A DNA stretch of 64,000 nucleotides from the human T2T-CHM13v2.0 reference genome, Homo sapiens: the NCBI RefSeq assembly GCF_009914755.1, contig NC_060931.1. The stretch is one strand, 5' to 3'. A program made the position numbers and the translations under genes. The notes below the pieces were generated by a model that saw only the letters and a list, made by a program, of their open reading frames with translations, did not search any database and was not told the origin of the DNA. Of the stretch, positions 38,148 through 48,622 are shown piece by piece. Positions within the stretch are counted from its first letter, which is position 1. Every line of letters starts with the position of its first letter.

Positions 38148-39033
38148 AAATTTCCATGCGTTTGTATAGTTTTCAGTTTCTCTTGTTGATTTTTAGTTTT
38201 CCATTGTGGTCTGAGATGATACTGGATATGATTTTAATTTTAAAACATTTTTTGAGCTTTGTTTTGTGGCTTAAGATATGGTCGTTTCCTATAGAATGTT
38301 CCATATGCTTATGAGAAGTATGTGTATTCTGTTGCTGTTGGGTAAAGTGTTCTGTAAATATCTGTTAGGTTAATTTGGTTTTTAAGTGCAGTGTAAAATC
38401 AGTTTTTTTAAAATTAATTTTCTCTCTAGATTATCTGTCTAGTGGTGAGAGTTGGGTGGAGTCTGTTTCTCCCTTTAGATCTAATAATATTTGATTTATA
38501 TATCTGGGTGCTCTGTTGTTGGATCCATGTATATGTTTAGAATTGTTACATTCTCTTGCTGAATTGATCCCTTTATTATTATATAATGACCTTCTTTGTC
38601 ACTTTTTGCTCTTTTTGACTTAAAGTCTGTCTTACCTGATACAAGTATAGTTACACCTGCTTGCTTTTGGTTTCCTTTTGTATGGAACATCTTTTCCCAT
38701 CTTTTTGCAGCATACAATTGGGTCATTTAAAAAAAAGAAAAACTCCTTTCAACCAGTCTATATCTTTTAGGTGGAAAGTTTAACTGGTTTACATTCAAGG
38801 CTGTCATTGATACATGCATGAGGGTTAATTTCTGTCATTGTATTAATTGATTCTGGTTGTTTTGTGTATCTTTTGTTTCTTATTTTCTCTCTTATTCATT
38901 GTGGTTTGGTGGTTTTCTGTCGTGGTAACACTTGAATTATTTCTTTTATTTGTGTGTTTGTTTTACCAGTGGAGTTTATATGTGTTTTGTAATGGTAGAT
39001 ATTGTTCTTTCACTTCCAAGTATACAACTCTCT

Positions 39034-39166
39034 TAGTAGAGACGGGGTTTCACTGTGTTGGCCAGGCTAGTCTTGAACTCCTGACCGCAGGTGACCTCAG
39101 GTGATTCCCCCCACCACGGCCTCCCAAAGTGCTGGGATTACAGGCATAAGCCACTGTGCCCAGCCA
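39034..39166 (-). mobile_element. Alu left arm only
   Basis: ttagtagagacggggtttc...agccactgtgcccagcc; no right arm or tail. Confidence 0.88.
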
Positions 39167-39364
39167 GATGATCTATTTGCAGTGTGATTATCGGCTCATT
39201 ATTTTGGTGTTTTTTTTTGTTGAGGGGAGTACCAGATACCTCGTCAGTCATCTTGAAACCCCTCCTTCCTGACTGTATTTATTGAAAAAATAAGTCCACT
39301 TCCTTCTTCATTACAGATTTGTCCTTTTGTTCCTTTGTTTTGTAACACCTGTTTTTCCTTGCAG

Positions 39365-39595
39365 GATGATAAAGTCAAATCCCTCCTCTGTAGCTTGATA
39401 TGTTATAGAAGTTCAATGACTGCTGAACAAGTTTTAAATGCTGAATGTTTCTTGATGCCAAAGGAGCAATCAGTTCCAAACCCAGAAAAAGATACTGAAT
39501 ACACCCTGTATAAAAAGGAAGAAGAAATAAAGACGGAGAACTTGGATAAATGTATGGAGAAGACAAGAAATGGTGAAGCCAACTTTGATTGTTAA
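39365..39595 (+). CDS. STK31: STK31 terminal coding exon (DDKVKSLLCSLICYRSSMTAEQVLNAECFLMPKE...NGEANFDC*)
   Basis: tttttccttgcag acceptor, 76 codons to TAA, non-repetitive; kinase subdomain XI-like MTAEQVL; recognised STK31 C-terminus. Confidence 0.92.
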   Translation, partial: DDKVKSLLCSLICYRSSMTAEQVLNAECFLMPKEQSVPNPEKDTEYTLYKKEEEIKTENLDKCMEKTRNGEANFDC

Positions 39596-39719
39596 ATTAT
39601 TATTGTTGTTGTTGCAGAGGTTCTTTTTAAAAACTTTGTTTGGTTTGGTTAATACACAGAAATATCTAGAAATGTTCTGGGACTAGTTGAGTTGTATCTT
39701 TAGTATTCAGGTTGTGAAA

Positions 39720-39725
39720 AATAAA
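39720..39725 (+). terminator. STK31: STK31 polyadenylation signal AATAAA
   Basis: Canonical hexamer 125 nt after stop, followed by GT/T-rich downstream sequence. Confidence 0.8.
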
Positions 39726-39783
39726 GATGTTTGGCTATGCACAAAATAGTTTGTATGCTTTGAACTTTAGTTTACTTGGAGTT

Positions 39784-42131
39784 TGATATGGTTTGGCTGT
39801 GTCCCCACTCACATTTCATTTTGAATTGTAATTCCCATAATCCCCACGTGTTGTGAGAGGGACCTGGTGGGAGGTAATTGAATCATGGGGGCAGGTTTTT
39901 CCCATACTGTTCTCATGGTAGTGAGCAAGTCTCATGAGATCTGATGGTTTTATAAAGGGGAATTGCCCTACACAAGCTTTTTGCCTGTTACCAGTAAGAC
40001 ATGCTGTTACTCTTCCTTCACCTTCCACCACAGTTGTGAGGCCTCCCCAGCCATGTGAGCAACGGTGAGTCCATTAAACCTCTTCCCTTTATAAATTATC
40101 CAGTCTCACGTTTGTCTGTTAGCAGCATGAGAACAGACTAATAAAGTAAATTGGTACTATGAGTGGGGTGCTGCTGTAAAGATACCCAAAAATGTGGAAG
40201 TGACTTTGGAACTGGGTAACAGGCGGAGGTTGGAACAGTTTGGAGGGCTCAGAAGAGGACAGGAAGATGTGGGAAAGTGTGGAACGTCCTAGAGACTTGT
40301 TGAATGGCTTTGACCAAAATGCTGATAGTGATATGGCCAATGAAGTCCAGGTTGAGGTGGTTTCAGATGGAGATGAGGAACTTGTTGGAAACTGGAATAA
40401 AGGTGACTCTTGCAATGTTTTAGGAAAGAGACTGGGAGCATTTTTGCCCTAGAGATTTGTGCAACTTTGAACTTGAGAGAGAGAGATTTAGGGCATCTGG
40501 TGGAAGAAATTTCTAAGTAGCAAAGCATTCAAGATGTGACCTGGGTGTTGTTAAAAGCATTCAGTCTTATGTATTCACAAAGATATGGTTTGGAATTGGA
40601 ACTTATGTTTAAAAGCAGAGCATAAAAGTTCAGAAAATTTGCAGCCTGATGATGCGATAGAAAAGAAGAACCTATTTTCTGAGGAGAAATTGAAGCCAGC
40701 TGTAGAAATTTGCATAAGTAATGAGGGGCCAAATGTTAATCACTAAGAGAATGGGGAAAATGTCTCCAGGGCATATCAGAGACCTTTGTGGCAGGCTCTC
40801 CTATTATAGGCCCAGAGGCCTAGGAGGAAAAAATGGTTTCATGGGCTGGGCCCAGGGTCCCCCTGCTGTGTGCAGCCTAGAGACTTGGTGCCCTGCATCC
40901 TGGCTGCTCCAGCTGTGGCTAAAAGGGTCCAAGGTACAGCTCGGCCCATGGCTTCAGAGGGTGCAAGCTCCAACTCTTTAGCAACTTCCAACTTCCACGT
41001 GGCATTGAGCCTGCAGGTGCACAGAAGTAAGAATGGAGGTTTGGGAACCTCCACCTACATTTCAGGGGATCTTTGGAACCACCTGGATGTCCAGGCAGAA
41101 GTTTTCTGCAGAGGTGGGACCTTCATGGAGAACCCCTGCTAGGGCAGTGTGGAAGGGAAACGTGGAGTCAAAGGCCCCACACAGAGTCCGTACTGGGGCA
41201 TTGCCTAGTGGAACTGTGAGGAGAAGGCCACGGCCCTCCAGGCCCCAGAATGGTAGATCCACTGACAGCTTGCACTTTGCACCTGGAAAAGCTGCAGACA
41301 ACACCAGCTTGTGAAAGCAGCTGGGGTGGGGGGTGGTTGCTGTACCCTGCAAAGCTACAGGGGCAGAGCTGCCCAAGGCCATGGGAACCCAACTCTTGCA
41401 TCAGTGTGACCTGGATATGAGTCAAAGGAGGTCATTTTGGAGCTTTAAGATTTGTCTGCCTTGCTGGCTTTTGAACTTGCATGGAGCACTGGATTTCAAA
41501 CTTGTATGTAGTCCCTTTATTTTGGCCAATTTCTCCCATTTGGAACAGGTGTATTTAACCAATGCCTGTACCCCCATTGTATCTAGGAAGTAACTAACTT
41601 GCTTTTGATTTTACAGGCTCACAGGCAGAAGGGACTTGCCTTGTCGCAGATGAGACTTTGGACTCTGGACTTTTGAGTTAATGCTGAAATGAGTTAAGAT
41701 TTTGGGGGACTGTTGAGAAGGCATGATTGGTTTTGAAATGTGAGGACGTGAGATTTGGGAAGGGCCAGGGATGGAATTACATGGTTTGGCTGTCTCCCCA
41801 CTCAAATTTTACCTTGAATTGTTATAATCCCTATGTGTCAAGGGTGGGCCCAGGTGCAGATAATTTAATCATGGGGACAGTTTTCCCCATACCATTCTTG
41901 TGGTAGTGAATAAGTCTCATGAGATCTGATGGTTTTATAAATGGGAGTTCCTTGCACAAGACCTCTTGCCTGCCACCATGTAAGATGTTCCTTTGTTCTT
42001 CCTTTGTCTTCTGCCATGATTGTGGGGCCTCCTCAGCCATGTGGAACTGTGAGTCCATTTAACCTCTTTCCTTCATAAATTACTCAGTCTTGGGTATGTC
42101 TTCATCAGAAGCATGAGAACAGACTAATATA
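39784..42131 (+). mobile_element. Full-length THE1 (THE1C-like): LTRs 39784-40145 and 41777-42131
   Basis: Two LTRs, THE1-int, 5-bp TSD GAGTT at 39779-39783 and 42132-42136. Confidence 0.93.
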
Positions 42132-42576
42132 GAGTTATTAAAGAAGGATATTCTGATTCTAATTATCTTTTGAAATTGAGTAATTAGAATGTGATACTTG
42201 TGATAGGAAAAGATATTGCATTGCTTGACAAGTCCTATGCAGATTTTCAGTGTACTGGCTAGCTGGATATGAAGGCTCATGCTTTTATTCAACAAATAAT
42301 AGTTGTAATCTGCTTTGTATCCAGTTCTGGAAATATAAAAATACATAAAACTGGTCCTTACACTTATGAAGACTACCATCTATTGAGAAATCCAGAGATA
42401 CAAACAGATTATAATACAACATGGAATATCCAGTGACAGCTCTGGGCTTGATGAGATTATACAGTAGTACTCTTCCTATGGAGGAGGGTTGTCAAGGAAA
42501 TCTTTCTGGAGAAGGTAGTATATTGGTTAAATCTTAGAGGATTAGTTGAAATGGTAAAGAGAGTAGCAGCAGTATC

Positions 42577-42727
42577 TTTTTCTTTTTTCTTTTTTCGAGA
42601 CAGGGGCTTGCTCTGTCACTCAGGGTTGAGTTGCAGTGGTGAACTCATGGCTCACTGTAATCCTGAACTCCTGGGCTCAAGCAGTTCTTTCACCTCAGCC
42701 TCCCAAGTAGAAGGATTACAGGCACAA
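42577..42727 (-). mobile_element. Alu monomer (FAM/FRAM or truncated AluJ)
   Basis: Single arm with T tail; agtatctt both sides. Confidence 0.8.
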
Positions 42728-43124
42728 GAGTATCTTAATAGCAGAGAAAACATCATGAAATCACTAAAGGGAGAAACAGTTTGTTGTCTTAAGTAGTATG
42801 AAGTAAAAGGCAGGGAATAGGTAGATGAGGGCTTCATATGAAATAATAAAATGCTTATACCTAATTATTTTATAGGAAATATGGAGTTATTGAAGAATTA
42901 TAAGCAGATTTAGCTCGCTCGAAATCCATCTTCTACCTATCATCAGGATAGTAGGTAGGGAGACTAGTTAGATGGCAATTATGATAAAGTAGGGGAGAGA
43001 TGATTAAAGCAAGATCTAGAGAAGTAGAATTAGAGATGAAACCTACAGGACAAACTTACAAAATAATTGGGAGGCAAAATCAGTAGGACTTGGTAATTGG
43101 AGTATATGTAGACTTAAGTAGTAT

Positions 43125-43500
43125 GGCAGAGTTTTTTTGTTACCTATTCAATATCCAGTCTTCCTTAGTTATAGATCCCTAGTATTATTTGGACTGTTGA
43201 TGTACTCAGCAAGAGTATCTTTGCCATTTTCTCTGTAATGAGGCCTTTTGACTAAGTTTTTGCAAATAAGGCTCCTAAAAAGGAGGTGACGAGGCTGGGA
43301 GATGTTCCCTTTGCCTTCACTCCTTTACTACTACCCTGAAGCTAACACGATGGCTAGAATTGGAGGAGCTCCCTTGGATCATGAGGTGATTTTGAGGATG
43401 CAAGCCATGAGCTAGGTTGGCGGAACAGCAAGTTAGAAGGAGCTGGTCATCATTCTGGAGCCTCTGTACTAGCCTTGAGATTTTATGTTGAGAGAATAAA
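43125..43500. mobile_element. Ancient ERVL-type LTR (LTR16/LTR33-like)
   Basis: cttggatcatgagg...gatgcaagccat...tagaaggagct pattern; highly diverged. Confidence 0.45.
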
Positions 43501-43504
43501 CAAA

Positions 43505-43665
43505 ATGTGGTTCCTGTATCAGCCGCTTCAGCATCACCTGGGAAGTTGTTAGAAATGCAAATTTTTGGCTCCACTGCAGACCTACTAAGTAAGAATCTCA
43601 GGGTGAGGGGTAGAGCCAACAATCTGTGTTTTAATAAGCCCTTTAAGTCATTCTGTGAATACTAA
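43505..43665. mobile_element. MER5A
   Basis: cagcatcacctgggaagttgttagaaatgcaaatt...caatctgtgttttaataagccc. Confidence 0.85.
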
Positions 43666-43961
43666 AGGGAAATATTGCCACATATTCAAGTCTTTGCAGC
43701 CTTTCAGCTTTTCTGTTTTATAGTAGAATTTAATTTCAGTTGACTCAGTAGTAAAAGCACAGCAGTAGATTTAAAGCAAACTTGGATAATTAACGGGAAC
43801 AAGGATAAACTCCTTTTTTTTTTTTTAACATTCACTATTTTAAATAAAGTATTAGAGCTATATTTTCTAAGTGTTTTCTGAAGACTAGCTTTTGGGGAGT
43901 CTCAGCACAAAAATGAGTTCTGTGATTTGTTGTTTATGAAATGAACGCTAAGTTGGAGATT

Positions 43962-44696
43962 TGAAACCACCTTTGCAGAAGTTATACAAGTCAGAAAACA
44001 TGACAGTCAAAGAGATCTGACCTAAGCAATTCTATCTTGCCTTTAATCTCCAGACTGCCCTTGTTCATTCCTGGGCATAGGCTGAACTAACTTTGGGAGG
44101 AATTTAGTTTATAGTTTCTCTCTGAAACAAAGATGATAACCCCCTTCTCCAAAACAAACCCCTCCCATGCTTGGGGTACAGACTGACTTTGTAAAACTAA
44201 CAAATTAGCCACAAGATGAGAAATTATGGCTCAGGAGTCATGCAGCCAGAGGCTACAAGGTTCCTAACCTCCCTAATTGCTCCTATGGATAACATTACTA
44301 CTGTAAAACCTAAGATTGGTATATGAGATATTTTTTCAGATCCTGCATTCTGATGGATTTGCTGGTGCCACCAGACCAGTAAGCTGGCTCATCTGGTCTT
44401 GTGGTCCCCCATCCAGGAACTGATTCAGTGCAAGAGGACAGCTTAGACTCCCTATGATTTTATCCCCTACCAACCAATCAGCATTTCTCATTCCATAGCC
44501 CCCTGTTCAGCAAACTATTTTTAAATAACCCTAGCCTCTGAAATTCCAGGGAGGCTGATTAGAGTAATAATAAAACTTTTGACTCCCATTTAGCTGCTTC
44601 TATGTGTATTAAACTCTTTCTCTATTGCAGTTCCCCTGTCTTGATAAGTCAGCTCTATCTAGGCAATGGGCAAGAAGAACCTGTTGGGCTGTTACA
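43962..44696 (+). mobile_element. LTR8-family solo LTR (ERV1)
   Basis: TG...CA termini, tgaaaccacctttgca start, ggctgaactaactttgggagg, 4-bp TSD GATT. Confidence 0.88.
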
Positions 44697-45263
44697 GATT
44701 GGTCATGCATGTTAGACAGTAAAGTTTCTAAAAAGTCCTATAGGAAAGAAACCTGATTAGTTTTATTTAGCCCAGTGTTTGCCAAATATACAGTGATAAC
44801 TCCCCTTTCCCCCACATAATACGTAGCAACCTCTCTCTTATAAAACTAGTGTGAGGATCAGATTTTGTGGGATAAGGTAATTTTTTTTAAAATTTTATGT
44901 CTTAAAATGAAAATACTAATGGGTGGTGAGAAGAGACAAATTACATGTATCTGTGTAATGAAATAAATGTCTCTTGAAATACGTGTATATATGCATAAAG
45001 CCAATGCAAAGGCAGGCAAATGTATTCACTGCCCTGTAGGCAGTCTTTGAGTGATGCAGCATGCAATATTCTATAGTAACAGCAATGACGTATGTCACCA
45101 AAAGAAGAGGAAGGGAAAAGAAAGATGATGAGGTTGAGGAATAGACAGTTGACTCATTTTGGAGGAAGACAGTAGATATATGCTTGTTTGAAACTGGAAG
45201 AGGGGCATTTCAGGCCAAGAAAAGTAAGGAAGTTCAGTGGGTGGATTTGAGAGAGGTAAAATT

Positions 45264-47207
45264 AGCCACAAAAAGAATAAAATACCTAGGAATACAACTA
45301 ATCTGGGAGGTGAAAGATATCTACCATGAGAGTTGCAATACCCTGCTCAAGGAAATCAGAGATGACACAAACAAATGGAAAAGCATTCCATGCTCATGGA
45401 TAGGAAGAATCAATATTGTTAAAGTGGCCATACTGCCAAAAGCAATACAGGTTTAATGCTATTCCTGTCAAACTACCAGTGACATTTTTCACAGAATTAG
45501 AAAAAGGTATTCTAAAATTCATGTGGAACCAAGACTGAGCACAAATAGCTCAAGTAATGCTAAGCAAAAAGAACAAAGCTGGAGGGATCACACTACCTCA
45601 CTTCAAATTACACTACAAGGCTACAGTAGCCAAAACTGTGTGGTATTAGTACAAAAAGAGACACAGAGACTGAAGGGAACAGGTTAGAGAGCTCAGAAAT
45701 AAAGCTGCACACCTACAACCATCTGATCTTTGACAAAGTCGACAAAAGCAATGGGGAAAGGACTTCCTATTCAATAAGTGGTGCTGGGATAACTGGCTAG
45801 CCATATGCAGAAGATTAAAACTGGAGCCCTTTCTTTTACCATGTTAAAAAATCAACTTTAGGAATTAAAGACTTAACTGTAAAATTTACAACTATAAAAA
45901 CCCTAGAAGAAAACTAAGGAAATACTATTCTGGATGTAGCCCCTGGCAAAGATATTATACGTCTTCGTATAATACTCCCAAAGCAATTTCAACAAAGCCA
46001 AAAATTGAAAAATGTTACCTAATTAATGAGCTTCTGCACAACAAAAGAAAACAGAATAAACAGCCTACAGAATGGGAGAAAATATTTGCAAACTATGCAT
46101 CTGACAAAATTCTAATATCCAGAATTTGTAAGGAAGTTAAATTAACAAGCAGAAAACAACCCCATTAAAAAATGGGGAAAGGACATGAACAGACACTTCT
46201 CAGAAGAAAACATAACACATGTTCAACAAGCATATTAAAAAATGTTCAGCATCACTAATCATTAGAGAAATGCAAATCAAAACCACAATGAGATACCATC
46301 TCACACCAGTCACAATAGATATTACCAAAAAGTCAGAAAAAAAAAAAAAAAAGCAACACAAACTTCCAGATGCTGGCAAGACTGCAGAGAAAATGGAATG
46401 CTTATTATACACTGCTGGTAGGAATGTAAATTAGTTCAGCCACTCTAGAAAGCAGTTTGGAGATTTCTCAAATAATTTAGAACTACCATTTGACCCAGCA
46501 ATCCCATTACTGGGTATATGCCCAAATTAAGTTGCTCTACCATAAGGGCACATGCATGTTTATCATCATGGAACATAAGCATAAAGCCAATGCAAAGGCA
46601 GACAGTGATGTTCACTGCCCTGTAGGCAGTATTTGAGTGATGCAGCATGTAATAAGCTATAATAAGAGCAATAACCTATGTCACCAAAAGAAAGGAAGAG
46701 AAGGATGAGGTATTTGCACAAGTATTATGAATATTAAGATTCACAATAGCTAAGACATGGACTCAACCTAGATGCCCATCAGTGGTGGACTGGATAAAGA
46801 AAATGTGGTGCATATACAGCGTATAATACTAAACAGCCATAAAAAGAATGAAATAATGTACTTTACAGCAACATGGATGGAGCTGGAGGCCATTATCCTA
46901 AGCAAAGTGACACAGGAACAGAAACCCAAAAACTTCATGTTCTCACTTATAAGTGGGAGTTAATATTGAGTATATAAGTAGGGAACAGAAGACACTGGGG
47001 CCTAGTTGAAGGTGGAGAGTGGGTGGAGGGTGAATATTGAAAAACTACTCATCAGGTACTATGCTCCTTACCCAGGTGATGAAATAATCTGTACACTAAA
47101 CCCCCATGACATGCAATTTTCCCACGTAACAAACATGCACATGTATTCCTGAATCTAAAATGAAAGTTGGCAAGAAAAAAAAAAATTCATCCAGTAAAAA
47201 AAAAAAA
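45264..47207 (+). mobile_element. 5'-truncated L1PA16/17-like element
   Basis: [15 protein letters not shown]2 text, 3'UTR gtgatgaaataatctgtaca, A tail; aaaattag both sides. Confidence 0.88.
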
Positions 47208-47554
47208 TTAGTAATGAAAGTAAACTTGAGGACCTGATGTGGTTTCTTAAAACCACAAGTTCCCATTTACATGTGGGAAAGATTTTTCCTCCAGTTTTAT
47301 TGTCCCAATAGAATGGACTCAATTTTGTAGGCTCATTATTCTTCTAATTAAACTGTCCTTTTGCAGTTTTAAAGAAGTATAAACTTTCCCTCAAACTTAT
47401 GGGAATCCTCCTCTGGTCCAATTCCTATCAGTGCCAAGTCATTTTAGTGTGTATTTAATGCCAACATTTATTACATTTCTTGTTAGCATCTCTCTTTTAT
47501 CTCAGCAAATGATAAGCTTTACCATGTCTTAGTTGTTGGCATAATTGTATATTC

Positions 47555-48586
47555 TATTTTGGAGTATTTTGAGGTTTTGTTTCAAGATTTAGAATTCTTT
47601 TTAGCATTTCTTGTAGTGCTGATTTGGTAGTGGCAAATTCTCTCAGCATTTGTTTGTCTGAAAAAGACTTTATCTCTCCATTTATGAAGCTTAGTTTTGC
47701 TGGATACAAAATTCTTGACTGAGAGTTACTCTGATAAAGGAGGCTAAAGATAGGACCCCAGTCCCTCTGGCTTGTAAGGTTTCTGCTGAGAGATCTGCTG
47801 TTAATCCGATAGGTTTTCCTTTGTATGTTACCTGATGCTTTGTCTCACAGCTTAAGATTCTTTCCTTCATCTTGACTTTGGATAACCTGATGACTACACG
47901 TCTTGGTGATCTTTTCGTGATGAATTTCCCAGGAATTCTTTGAGTTTCTTGTATTTGGATGTTTAGGTCTTTAGCGAGGCCAGGGAAGTTTCCCTCAGTT
48001 ATTCCCTTAAATAAATTTTTCGAACTTTTAGATTTCTCTTCTTCAGGAACACTGAGTAGTCTTAGGTTTGGCCGTTTATCATAATCCCATATTTCTTGGA
48101 GACTTTGTTCATTTTTTAATCCTTTTTTCTTGGTCTTTGTCTGATTGGGTTAATTTGAAAGCCTTGTTTTTGAGCTCTGAAGTTCTTTCTTGTACTTGTT
48201 CTAGTCTATTTTTGAAACTTTCCACTGTATTTTGGATTTTCCCAAGTATGTCTTTTATTTCTGGAAGTTGTGATTGTTTTTTCTTTATGATAATCTACTT
48301 GTCTGGAATTTTTTTCATCCATATCTGGTATTGTTTCTTAATTTCTTTAGGTTGGTTTTCACCTTTCTCTGGTACCTCCTTCAGTAGCTTAATAATCAAC
48401 CTTCTGAATTTTTTTTTTCTGGCAATTCAGAGATTTCTTCTTAGTTTGGATCCATTGCTGGAGAGCTAATATGATCTTCTGGGGGTGTTATAGAACCCTG
48501 TTTTGTCATATTACCAGAATTACTTTTCTGGATCCTTTTCTTTTGGGTAGCCTGTTTCTTCAGATTGTTCTTGAAATTTTTGATGG

Positions 48587-48622
<36 letters not shown>

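Noticed and set aside
39335-39364. ORF-track start MFCNTCFSLQ
   Set aside because: Starts at TTG inside the intron's pyrimidine tract; the exon begins at 39365
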